Positions 1 through 8,614 of a DNA stretch of 64,000 nucleotides are shown here, piece after piece (within the stretch, counting starts at the first letter, position 1; each line of letters begins with the position of its first letter). Origin of the DNA: an uncultured virus (IMG/VR IMGVR_UViG_3300008113_000157) (lineage: Duplodnaviria > Heunggongvirae > Uroviricota > Caudoviricetes); IMG/VR virus record IMGVR_UViG_3300008113_000157; one strand, written 5' to 3'. The position numbers were made by a program, and so were the translations under genes. The notes beneath the pieces were generated by a model. The model did no database searches, was not told the origin of the DNA, and saw only the letters and a list, made by a program, of their open reading frames with translations.

Positions 1-2
1 AT

Positions 3-1412
3 CTGTGCGGCCGTTACATCATCACTAGGTCCGAAGTTGACCTGGCCAAGTTCAGTAGGGCCAGAAAAAGCTGCTGCTGTATAGCCAGTGCCGATGCGAA
101 CTTTGCCAGGGTTAGTGGTAGCACTGCTGTCACCTATGACTTGCAGTCTTGACGCCCCAGCGTTCGAAGACGTGCCAACTAACAACCTGCCGGAGCTGTC
201 GATGCGGGCGCGTTCGGTGCCACCTGTTACTACAGCAAGATTGTCTCCAGATGGTTCATGAATGTAAGTATTAGATCCGTTATCAAAATATATCTTTTTA
301 GTTGCGCTTACCGCTAAATCATCAATAACATAGACCTTGCCATTAACCGTGGAACCATATATGTAATCTTCAAACCTAGAAGTTCCATTGACATGCAGAG
401 TATTGCCCGGCGTCGTAGTGCCAATCCCTACGTTGCCTGTGTTGGATACATGCAGTCGCGTTGTAGTATTAACAACATCAACAATTTGGAAACTTCCGTC
501 GCTTGCGTTATAACGATTATACCATTTGAGAGCATTATCTTCAGCGTAAGCGAGCGTTGTATTTGTACCGGCAGCAGAATTAAGGTGCAATAAAGTTTGT
601 GGGCTACTGGTCCCCAGACCTAAGCGGCCACTGGAGTCCAGGCGCATGCGCTCGGCGCCACCTGCGCCAAACTGCATACTTTCAGAGCCAACTGCAGTGA
701 GCACAAGCCTTCCGGCCGCCGATCCATGTGACTGGCCAAATGCAAGAATGCTTGCACCACTGCCTGCATCATCACCACCAGCAACACGAATATATCCAGT
801 AGCGGAAGTATTAAAAACCTCGCCAGTTGAAACTTTGACATTCCCACTCGCATCAACAAACAACCGCCCAGTGCCACCTGTGCTAATGGCCACTTGATCT
901 GCGCCGGGGGAGTAGATGCCTGTGTTGGGGTCAGAAACAAAACTAATCGATGGATTTGCTGCAGTACCCGCCGCAAATACACCCGATGTAATGGTATGAG
1001 TACCACCACTGATATTAGTGAAGTTACCGCTAGTAAAGTTTGCAGTGGTACCAGTAACAGTAACACCTGAAATTTGAGTACTAAAAACACCGGATACAAA
1101 ATTAGCGGTTGTGCCAGATGTCGTTGTTCCTGTTAATGAGGTAAAACTACCGGTCGTATAAGTTGCTGTTGTTCCCTGAAGAGTAGTACCCGTTAACGAA
1201 ACAAACGTTCCGCTGGTAAACTGCGCGGTTGTTCCAGTAACGGTAACACCTGAAATTGTTTGGCCTCGTACGGTATTACCAGAGATAGTTCCGGTTACTG
1301 TTACGTTTCCTGTAAAAGTAGGATTCTGAACTAACCCAGAAATTGTAACGCTCTTATCAACACCAGCATCGGTGAAAGTAATTGTATCAACTTTAATAGT
1401 GCCGTACGCCAT
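3..1412 (-). CDS. Tail fibre-like protein, 3' end runs off the window start
   Basis: Not in the ORF track; translated by hand from ATG at 1412 (MAYGTIKVDTITF...). Open to the window edge, with G/T-rich repeats and typical fibre motifs (GTAANPSISF, ERMRLDSSGRLGLGTSSP, GNVGIGTTTP, ERARIDSSGRLLVGTS). Confidence 0.8.
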   Translation of the reverse strand, partial: MAYGTIKVDTITFTDAGVDKSVTISGLVQNPTFTGNVTVTGTISGNTVRGQTISGVTVTGTTAQFTSGTFVSLTGTTLQGTTATYTTGSFTSLTGTTTSGTTANFVSGVFSTQISGVTVTGTTANFTSGNFTNISGGTHTITSGVFAAGTAANPSISFVSDPNTGIYSPGADQVAISTGGTGRLFVDASGNVKVSTGEVFNTSATGYIRVAGGDDAGSGASILAFGQSHGSAAGRLVLTAVGSESMQFGAGGAERMRLDSSGRLGLGTSSPQTLLHLNSAAGTNTTLAYAEDNALKWYNRYNASDGSFQIVDVVNTTTRLHVSNTGNVGIGTTTPGNTLHVNGTSRFEDYIYGSTVNGKVYVIDDLAVSATKKIYFDNGSNTYIHEPSGDNLAVVTGGTERARIDSSGRLLVGTSSNAGASRLQVIGDSSATTNPGKVRIGTGYTAAAFSGPTELGQVNFGPSDDVTAAQ

Positions 1413-1448
1413 TTTGTTGTCTCTTTTTGTTTATTTTAGCCGAGAAAA

Positions 1449-3245
1449 TTACGGAAGAATAATTAGTGGGCCTTGGATTACAAACCCACTTGCGCTACCG
1501 GAAACAACGCCAGAACATACGATGGCTGGGGTTGCTCCAGAAGGTGTGGTTACTCTTAACGTCGATCCTGTAATTGACGTAAAAGTACCCGTTGTGCTGC
1601 TAACAGTTACTGCATTAACTGATGTGCCGGTAACCGTAGCGCTTGAAATACTGGTTGCAAAGTTAGCAGTGTTACCTGTAACAGTCGTACCAGAGAGATA
1701 AGTAAATATTCCACTAGGTGAAACAACATTACTTCCACTGATTGTTCCCGAAGAAACAATGCCCCCTGTGGAAAAAATGCCTGTACCTAATACCGATAAG
1801 TTACCGGAAACAACGGTGTTAACAAAAACAATGTTTGTAAAAACACCAGATACGGCCGAAATTAATCCGGCTTGCATAGTGTCGCCGGTAATAACAGCTC
1901 CACTTACAGTCTGGAATCTTCCTGACGTACTTAAAACAGTATTGCCAGTGATTGTGGCACCGGACACACTAGTGGTAAATGTACCGACTTGACCCGTTAA
2001 GTTTGTTGCAAGTACTGTGTTACCGGTAACGGTGGCACCTGAAACACTAGTAGTACCAATGACTGTAACGCCTGTGACATTTGTAAATTGACCTGCGTTA
2101 CCAGTGACCGTTGCGCCAGAAACACTGGTAGTGCCAATGACGGTGGCGCCTGTGACCGTCGTAAATTGTCCGGCATTACCTGTTACTGTCGTACCCGACA
2201 CTCTGCCAAAGTTACCGGTAACCGAAGTGACAGTCCCTGCGTTAACAACGGTACCTGTAACAGTTGCCCCTGATAAGTTTGTAAACGAACCAGAAACTCC
2301 CGTTATTGTTCCAAAGTTACCAGCATCTCCTGTAATTGTTTGACCGGAAATAACCTGGGTAAATACACCAGAAATTCCACTGACATTACCAAAAGCACCC
2401 GTATTGCCGGTTACTGTTGCTCCCGAAACACGTGTAGTGAATGTTCCGGAAACACCAGTAGCGTTAGATACTAAAAGTGTATTGCCCGTAATTGTGGCAC
2501 CTGATACCTGATTAGTAAAAACCCCTGAAACACCAGAGACTGTTGAGAATTGTGCAGTAATTCCAGTGACTGTTGTTCCTGATAAGGTCCCAGTGACACG
2601 TACGCTGCTTGCAAATTGTGCAATACCCGTGACGGTTAGTCCACTTGCAACAGATAAGTTTCCGCTGACGTCAAGAATGGGTGTTCCTAAAACTTGGAAC
2701 GTACCGGTGGTTGCGGCAACGGTTGTTCCTGTGAATGTAGTACCTGTTACGTTGGTAAACGTGCCGTTTGTAAAGAAAGCACTAACACCACTTGTTGTGG
2801 TACCAGTAAGACTTGTAAAGTTTCCCGTTGAGAAAGACGCAGTAGCTCCTGTCGCCAAAGTTGTGAAGGTACCTGTTACTGCATTGACTTGAGTACCTTG
2901 AATAAAGGTGCCTGTTACGGTGTTGCCACTGATCGTACCGCTGACAGTGGCATTGTTTTGAACAACAATTCCACTAAACGTACTAAGGCCAGACGCAGTT
3001 ACCGTATTAAAACTGGAGTTGCCACTTACTGTTAAGTTGCCAGTGATAGTGACGTTACCGCTAATTAAAGCGCCACTGCCAGGGGCGTAATATAAATCGA
3101 GATAATCCCTGAATTGAGAAAAGGTAATTTTTTTGTTGCGCAGTGACGGGTCCACCTCAAAAACGTGGACCAGGGTCATGACATCCTGATCTACAATTTC
3201 GCCTGCTGCAATTGCAGGAAATTCGGTAATACGGCGGTTTGCCAC
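1449..3245 (-). CDS. Gly/Thr/Val-rich repetitive fibre-like structural protein
   Basis: 598 aa with many SGATVTGN-type repeats; N-terminus MANRRITEFPAI; adjacent to the tail fibre gene. Confidence 0.7.
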   Translation of the reverse strand: MANRRITEFPAIAAGEIVDQDVMTLVHVFEVDPSLRNKKITFSQFRDYLDLYYAPGSGALISGNVTITGNLTVSGNSSFNTVTASGLSTFSGIVVQNNATVSGTISGNTVTGTFIQGTQVNAVTGTFTTLATGATASFSTGNFTSLTGTTTSGVSAFFTNGTFTNVTGTTFTGTTVAATTGTFQVLGTPILDVSGNLSVASGLTVTGIAQFASSVRVTGTLSGTTVTGITAQFSTVSGVSGVFTNQVSGATITGNTLLVSNATGVSGTFTTRVSGATVTGNTGAFGNVSGISGVFTQVISGQTITGDAGNFGTITGVSGSFTNLSGATVTGTVVNAGTVTSVTGNFGRVSGTTVTGNAGQFTTVTGATVIGTTSVSGATVTGNAGQFTNVTGVTVIGTTSVSGATVTGNTVLATNLTGQVGTFTTSVSGATITGNTVLSTSGRFQTVSGAVITGDTMQAGLISAVSGVFTNIVFVNTVVSGNLSVLGTGIFSTGGIVSSGTISGSNVVSPSGIFTYLSGTTVTGNTANFATSISSATVTGTSVNAVTVSSTTGTFTSITGSTLRVTTPSGATPAIVCSGVVSGSASGFVIQGPLIILP

Positions 3246-3288
3246 CTATCTACTGCGCAATTCTTTCCTTTATTATAGTGCGGCTTAT

Positions 3289-3591
3289 TTAGCGTACCCT
3301 AATCTCAAGACGTGGCAATAAATTAGTACCTAAGTACCAAAGCCCTTGAATTCCTGTTACAATTCCACAGGAAAGCAGCAGTACCAACAGCAATTCTGCT
3401 ACGGTTAAATTACGCCGCACATACACAACTTGCGGTGGAATATCCATAGGTAATCGCTGGGGTACTGTTTGTTGGATGGCTAGCTCCATGGCACGTGCTT
3501 TCATTTCAGCCAACATCTCAGGAGTAATCTGTCCTTCCAGAGTCTGTTGCATGGGAGGTTGGCTAGGTGGAATTTGCTCTTCCATGATCAC
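3289..3591 (-). CDS. Hypothetical membrane protein
   Basis: 100 aa ORF with a C-terminal hydrophobic segment. Confidence 0.55.
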   Translation of the reverse strand: MIMEEQIPPSQPPMQQTLEGQITPEMLAEMKARAMELAIQQTVPQRLPMDIPPQVVYVRRNLTVAELLLVLLLSCGIVTGIQGLWYLGTNLLPRLEIRVR

Positions 3592-3636
3592 AAAGTTGTT
3601 TACAAAAGACTAGCATTTAATTGATCGGAGTGCAGC

Positions 3637-4047
3637 ATGCCGTACGGACTACGCAAAGGCTTGGAAGACATTGCCTACGAACTAAAAGGAATCAGGAATA
3701 TCCTTGGTTCCATGTGGCATAGTCGGTACTCAAACGCTGAAACCGATATTGCCAATCCCGAAATGTTTGCAGATGAATACATTTCGACAGAAGAATGCGG
3801 CAAGCGTCTAGGTGTCTCCGATCAAACCATCCGCAACTGGATTGCAATCGGTAGAAAAAACCCTGATAAAGGCTGGGTAGAAGGCATTCATTATGTCAAC
3901 GTTTCTCCCGACGTCCACAAAAAAGCAGTCTTGCGTATTCCATGGAATCGCCTCATTCAATCCTTTGCTAAAAACGAAAACATCAATCTTAAAAACCTGC
4001 GTGCGCAGTATCACTTATACCATGCAACCAAAGAGGTTCTTGAGTGA
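3637..4047 (+). CDS. HTH DNA-binding protein (excisionase/MerR-like HTH)
   Basis: ISTEECGKRLGVSDQTIRNWI helix-turn-helix signature. Confidence 0.7.
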   Translation: MPYGLRKGLEDIAYELKGIRNILGSMWHSRYSNAETDIANPEMFADEYISTEECGKRLGVSDQTIRNWIAIGRKNPDKGWVEGIHYVNVSPDVHKKAVLRIPWNRLIQSFAKNENINLKNLRAQYHLYHATKEVLE

Positions 4048-4514
4048 TGGCACATCGTTTCAAGGGAATTGATATCGATGCCATTACTATCGATAACCAT
4101 GAGGAGCTACTGCCCAAATCCCTGGCAGATCAAGTGGAAATGTTCTTGCCACCCTGGGGTTCCTTCGATGATGGTTGCTTGCGTCGCTACCTAGAAAACT
4201 TAAAAAACTATGAAGAAGAGGATGCCAACTCTGGTATGACCTTGGCCAATCGATTACGACTGGCATTCAAAGATCTGAACCCAGACACAATCTGCGGTAA
4301 ATTTCCACAAGCGGAGTTGCCTCTTAAACGTCGGTTGCGATGTGTTGCCGAGTATTTGATCAGGTCCGGAGAATTTGATAAGGTGCGAGATGAGCAAGGA
4401 AAACTCTGCAAAAAACGCGGCGTGCTTGGCAAGTTGGTTGTCTTGTACCAGCCAACTCCAAAGCTGTTAGAATCTCTGCATCGTCAAGGGTTGTTAAAAA
4501 GTGGATCGCCGTGA
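4044..4514 (+). CDS. Hypothetical protein
   Basis: 156 aa ORF overlapping its neighbours' start/stop codons. Confidence 0.6.
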   Translation: MMAHRFKGIDIDAITIDNHEELLPKSLADQVEMFLPPWGSFDDGCLRRYLENLKNYEEEDANSGMTLANRLRLAFKDLNPDTICGKFPQAELPLKRRLRCVAEYLIRSGEFDKVRDEQGKLCKKRGVLGKLVVLYQPTPKLLESLHRQGLLKSGSP

Positions 4515-4890
4515 GAAATTAATTGCGTCAGTCATTGGTCCTGAGCTAGACGAGACCAAGGCAAAAATGCTTGATACCACTGTCAAGCTCATCCTTGGGG
4601 ACATGGGCGCACAGTACGTTAAGTTTTGGGACGCAGAAGGTCCTGGCGTCTTGGTATTCCAGCCTGACAATAAAGAACGTTCTATATTCTTTTGGACGTT
4701 AAAAGAAATTCACGCAGCAGAAGAAGATTGCGAACATAACAATAACGGTGATCTTGCCGAAACCTTACGACGCATCCTTGGGGCAGCACAAAAGATTGAT
4801 CCAATGGAGAAGGCAGGGTATATCATCAATGATGACAAGGGTCTTCGCTATTTGGAAATAGCGTATAACGACATCGTTAACAATGACTGA
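4501..4890 (+). CDS. Hypothetical protein
   Basis: 129 aa ORF in the same operon. Confidence 0.6.
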   Translation: MDRREKLIASVIGPELDETKAKMLDTTVKLILGDMGAQYVKFWDAEGPGVLVFQPDNKERSIFFWTLKEIHAAEEDCEHNNNGDLAETLRRILGAAQKIDPMEKAGYIINDDKGLRYLEIAYNDIVNND

Positions 4891-5482
4891 GAAAGGTATT
4901 CGCGGCGTATCTGCCAGGGTTGAAGGTGCAGAACTTATCACCAACGCAGACTTGGTGCATGCTGCCAACGAACTTTTAGGCGGCATTGACTTGGATGTGG
5001 CTAGCTCCAAAGTTGCCAATGAGTACGTACAAGCGACTGAGTACTACACGCCTGTGGATGATGGGTTAAATAATCAACAATGGTACGGAAGCTGCTATTT
5101 GTTTCCACCAGCGGGATCATACTTCTGGGACCAAAAGAACCAACGGTGGAAGATGACACGCGCTTCGTCGCTGACGTTGACTTCTTCGCATGCCGTATGG
5201 TTCCGTCGAATGTACCATGCATGGCTGGCGGACGAGATTGAGCAAGGGCTTTACTTCAGTAACTGCCCTGACATGATTCGATACGAGCCAAAGATCTTTA
5301 AATTTCCTATGTGCGTTCTACGTACCGTCCCTTACCTGCTCCGTAATCTTGATGGGAATGTAGAGAAAAAACAAACGTGCACGTCTTTCTTGGTCTATCT
5401 GCCTCCCAAAGATCGCTCAGGAGATGCAGTAGAACACTTCTGTAAAATCTACGGCGAACGTGGCCATCTCCTTGTAGACTGA
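4883..5482 (+). CDS. Phage DNA N6-adenine methyltransferase-like protein with a degenerate catalytic motif
   Basis: IDLDVASS SAM-binding-like motif followed by DDGL..QWYG.CYLFPPAG where NPPY is expected. Confidence 0.6.
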   Translation: MTEKGIRGVSARVEGAELITNADLVHAANELLGGIDLDVASSKVANEYVQATEYYTPVDDGLNNQQWYGSCYLFPPAGSYFWDQKNQRWKMTRASSLTLTSSHAVWFRRMYHAWLADEIEQGLYFSNCPDMIRYEPKIFKFPMCVLRTVPYLLRNLDGNVEKKQTCTSFLVYLPPKDRSGDAVEHFCKIYGERGHLLVD

Positions 5483-5500
5483 ACAAGCTATTGAGGTCTT

Positions 5501-6088
5501 ATGAGCGTCCTGGCCGATTGGGAAATCAAAGAGCGTGCCGAGAAAGAACAAATGATCGAACCCTTTGTTGATCGTCTGATCAGCAAAGAAGATGGTCGGC
5601 GTTTGTTAAGTTATGGACTTAGCTCTTACGGATATGACATTCGTTTGTCCCCTAGCCAGTGCCTAATCTTTGGTAAGATTCAAACCGGTGATTGCGATCC
5701 AAAGGCCTTTGACGAAAGTATTTTAAAGCCTGCGGAACTTCTGGAAGATGAACGCGGCAAATACTTTCTTCTTCCTCCGTATGGGTATTGTTTAGGCGTT
5801 GCACAAGAACGTTTGAAGTTGCCTCGTGATGTCACTGTTGTTGCAGTTGGTAAATCGACGTACGCACGCTCAGGAATTCTAGTTAACATCACGCCCGCTG
5901 AAAGTGGGTGGGAAGGTTACCTGACGCTTGAAATCAGTAATTGCACTGGTTTATTCAATCGTGTCTATGCAAACGAAGGTATCACTCAACTGCTTTTCTA
6001 CCGTGGCAATCCTTGTGAAGTCAGCTACCAAGATCGGAAAGGTAAGTATCAAGACCAACCAAATACTGTAGTTTTTCCACAGGTTTAA
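5501..6088 (+). CDS. dcd: dCTP deaminase
   Basis: SYGLSSYGYDIRL, GKSTYARSG, TPAESGWEGYLTLEISN, YANEGITQLLF, YQDRKGKYQ motifs. Confidence 0.95.
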   Translation: MSVLADWEIKERAEKEQMIEPFVDRLISKEDGRRLLSYGLSSYGYDIRLSPSQCLIFGKIQTGDCDPKAFDESILKPAELLEDERGKYFLLPPYGYCLGVAQERLKLPRDVTVVAVGKSTYARSGILVNITPAESGWEGYLTLEISNCTGLFNRVYANEGITQLLFYRGNPCEVSYQDRKGKYQDQPNTVVFPQV

Positions 6089-6408
6089 CTACGTCCAAAC
6101 GATTGTTTGGGTTTGTCTGCATACGCGGTAGATCCTGCACGCCCACCACTGTCACCAGCCGTGGCACTGGTGGGTTCGTTAATCAGTTGGTTCTTTTGAT
6201 ATTTGCCAGCAGCACGTGCACTCTTCATGAAGCGGTCAACGCGTGCCACTGCTCCTTTTGACGCGGAACCAACGACACCTCGTTCTTGCGGTCGCACGTA
6301 CCGCAAATCCACGTTGTAAGCTCTTCCAGGGTTCAGATCCGTTGGTACCCCAGCAGAAGTGCCGGAGTCCTTGGCTGCGTCGTAAGTCTCTGATCTAAAC
6401 TTGCTCAT
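6085..6408 (-). CDS. Hypothetical protein
   Basis: 107 aa ORF with TATAAT (6415-6420, minus strand) just upstream of the ATG. Confidence 0.6.
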   Translation of the reverse strand: MSKFRSETYDAAKDSGTSAGVPTDLNPGRAYNVDLRYVRPQERGVVGSASKGAVARVDRFMKSARAAGKYQKNQLINEPTSATAGDSGGRAGSTAYADKPKQSFGRS

Positions 6409-6445
6409 ACTATCATTATAGAAAGGATATATCGCTAAGAAAACA

Positions 6446-6811
6446 ATGCGGCCCTCAATGTTTTTGCAAGAGTTTGCAGCAAATAATGATCAAGTAAAGT
6501 GCCGTTGTATTGGCTTCGAGGATTTTGGTGCACCCCTTGATACCGTAGCCAACGACGTACCTCTTCAAGATATGTATAACACGGGTTTAGTCGCTCCCAT
6601 GGATGGTATGCAACGTAACCCATTGAATATTGAAGGCCAAGGTTTGTACGGTCAGCGTCCAGGCTTAACGGGTTACATTCCTTCCATGGAAGAAGGCATG
6701 AAATTATATGGTGCCACTCCTAAGCCCCCTAGTATTCAAGGTGATATTGAGGGTGAGCCAGATGAGACAGAACTTCTGCTTTCCGCCAAACGCAAAGGCT
6801 TGCTGCGTTAA
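6446..6811 (+). CDS. Hypothetical protein
   Basis: 121 aa ORF. Confidence 0.55.
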   Translation: MRPSMFLQEFAANNDQVKCRCIGFEDFGAPLDTVANDVPLQDMYNTGLVAPMDGMQRNPLNIEGQGLYGQRPGLTGYIPSMEEGMKLYGATPKPPSIQGDIEGEPDETELLLSAKRKGLLR

Positions 6812-6844
6812 ATTTGCTAGGCTGTCTCAGTCGGCATTTTTACA

Positions 6845-7171
6845 ATGGACATGTTCCCTCCTGTTGACGTAACCAATGGGTGCGTAGATGGCGTTTGTCC
6901 AGTACCCTGGGTTACTATTAAACCACTTGAAACAACGCCCACAATCAAAGAGGATGTCGTAAATCATCCTTCCCATTACACCGATGGGGGCATCGAATGC
7001 ATCGAAGCCATTGAGGCGGCTTTAACCAACGAAGAATTCCGTGGTTACTGCAAGGGAAATAACATAAAGTATATTTGGCGTGAGCGCCACAAAGGCGAGA
7101 CAGAATCACTGAAGAAAGCACAGTGGTACCTAGATCGTCTTATTCAATTGGACGAAAGTCAAAAGGGATGA
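6845..7171 (+). CDS. DUF3310 / SaV-like phage protein
   Basis: DVVNHPSHYT.GGIECIEAI...GYCKGNNIKYIWR..HKG..ESLKKAQWYL. Confidence 0.9.
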   Translation: MDMFPPVDVTNGCVDGVCPVPWVTIKPLETTPTIKEDVVNHPSHYTDGGIECIEAIEAALTNEEFRGYCKGNNIKYIWRERHKGETESLKKAQWYLDRLIQLDESQKG

Positions 7172-7455
7172 GCGTAGTGTAAATCGTCGTCATCGTCCGA
7201 CTCGTCCTGCATACAAGCCAGGGCGAGTTCACTAAGTTCCAACTCACTAGGCAGATCCCACTCGATATCAATCCCTTCAGAACACATGATTTCTTTAACG
7301 GCTGCCCATTCCATCATCCGTTGGAAATACAGGTTTAACAGTGCCGCCTGCAGTTCTTCCCAACACATCTCCTCTGTTTGCAGCTCAGCTTTACGCATGG
7401 CAAACTGAAGTTCTAAAGGTAATTCAAACTCTTTACGTGTGGATTCGTTCTCCAT
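7159..7455 (-). CDS. NblA-like phycobilisome degradation adaptor (candidate)
   Basis: ELPLELQFAMRK...EELQAALLNLYFQRMMEWAAVKEIM follows the NblA two-helix pattern (L-S-L-E-Q-Q-F...L-Y-x-Q-M-M); acidic tail. Confidence 0.55.
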   Translation of the reverse strand: MENESTRKEFELPLELQFAMRKAELQTEEMCWEELQAALLNLYFQRMMEWAAVKEIMCSEGIDIEWDLPSELELSELALACMQDESDDDDDLHYAHPF

Positions 7456-7488
7456 GGAAAGCCTGAGTACTGCATTTATTCTAGGACG

Positions 7489-8118
7489 CTAGTCACTTGA
7501 AAAGGCAGAGGCGTCGTCAAGCTTGAAACGGTTAGCAAATTCTGCAAGCGCATAGGGATTGATTGTCGCTTCCAAGGTTCGGATTGCTTCCGTCTCATGG
7601 GGCTTTGCACCATAGCTTCTGAACGCACGCAGCAGTACGTCTGTGGCAACCCAAGGTTTGGCTTCAACCTCGGCAAGGAATAGGTTGATCTCTTCTCTGC
7701 GTCGTTCCAGGAGGCCACCGATGACTTGGTGATCTGCATCAAAGACCCACCGTGCAATTTCTTCTGTTACGCCAACGTAGTCATCGACTTCAAGACAGTC
7801 AATAATGGAGCTGTACAGAAAACTTTCCCAACCAACCGAATGACAGAACGAAAGTAATGCTTGGTGCATGCACTCGTCCAAGCCTAGGTTCAACTTCAGA
7901 AGTTCGGTGTTTAGAACGGTGAGTTCATCGACAAGATACTCCAGGGCTTTGCGTTGTGTGCAGCACTGGGTTTTCTTTACAACACTGCCGTCAGGATAAT
8001 ACTGTGTACCAAATCCAATCGTGTATGGCTCTGCGCCTGTTTGAGGATCTGGATAAGCAAGTTCATTGAAACCTTCGTAACGACAAATTAAATCAATCGC
8101 TTGCTTGTAATTATCCAT
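7489..8118 (-). CDS. Lysozyme/endolysin (GH24, T4-lysozyme-like)
   Basis: YEGF...AYPDP..G.EPYTIGFG catalytic E/D/T region and GGLLERRREEINLF; likely start MDNYKQAI at 8118. Confidence 0.88.
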   Translation of the reverse strand: MDNYKQAIDLICRYEGFNELAYPDPQTGAEPYTIGFGTQYYPDGSVVKKTQCCTQRKALEYLVDELTVLNTELLKLNLGLDECMHQALLSFCHSVGWESFLYSSIIDCLEVDDYVGVTEEIARWVFDADHQVIGGLLERRREEINLFLAEVEAKPWVATDVLLRAFRSYGAKPHETEAIRTLEATINPYALAEFANRFKLDDASAFSSD

Positions 8119-8155
8119 AGGGGTAACAAGTGTTACCCCCAAGTATACATAATTT

Positions 8156-8278
8156 TTACTTGCCTTGGCCGCGAGACAATTTACGTCCGTGGCTAGGACG
8201 TGAATGTTTGCCGTCGCCTTGACAAGTCTTCTTAGGCTTGGACTCAATCAGGATTGCGGTGGACTTGGGCTTTGCCAT
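8156..8278 (-). CDS. Small basic protein (40 aa)
   Basis: Hand translation: MAKPKSTAILIESKPKKTCQGDGKHSRPSHGRKLSRGQGK. Confidence 0.6.
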   Translation of the reverse strand: MAKPKSTAILIESKPKKTCQGDGKHSRPSHGRKLSRGQGK

Positions 8279-8315
8279 AGCGGTAAAAACTCAACGCGTT
8301 TATCTTAGCCGATCT

Positions 8316-8612
8316 TTACCATTTCGTTTTATGCGACCAGTACCTTGCTGACATCTTGTCAGGGTTGGAATCCTGGGCATTATGTCTGGCGTAATAAGAT
8401 TTCTTACGTGCTTTATCCTTTGCTGTTGTTGGGTTTTTACCAGCGCCTTCTACGCCTTGTTGACCAAACCTAATGATTTTTTCCTCGCCTCCTTCACATG
8501 CTTTGACAACGTGTGACTTAGTTGCATGACCAGGAGTTTTTCTTGGCTTGTTGCATTCCATGGAATCCTTGTGGATCTTGGCGGCACTAGCTGCTTTTTT
8601 GTGCTTACTCAT
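8316..8612 (-). CDS. Basic hypothetical phage protein
   Basis: KIIRFGQQG...RKKSYYARH...SARYWS, a pattern common in phage small basic proteins. Confidence 0.7.
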   Translation of the reverse strand: MSKHKKAASAAKIHKDSMECNKPRKTPGHATKSHVVKACEGGEEKIIRFGQQGVEGAGKNPTTAKDKARKKSYYARHNAQDSNPDKMSARYWSHKTKW

Positions 8613-8614
8613 GA

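Noticed and set aside
393..2892. Several plus-strand V/P/T-rich ORFs and the 620-1099 minus ORF
   Set aside because: Shadow frames of the repetitive minus-strand fibre genes (3-1412 and 1449-3245).
3..3245. Diversity-generating retroelement acting on the tail fibre
   Set aside because: No reverse transcriptase and no template/variable repeat pair with adenine-specific mismatches seen in the window.
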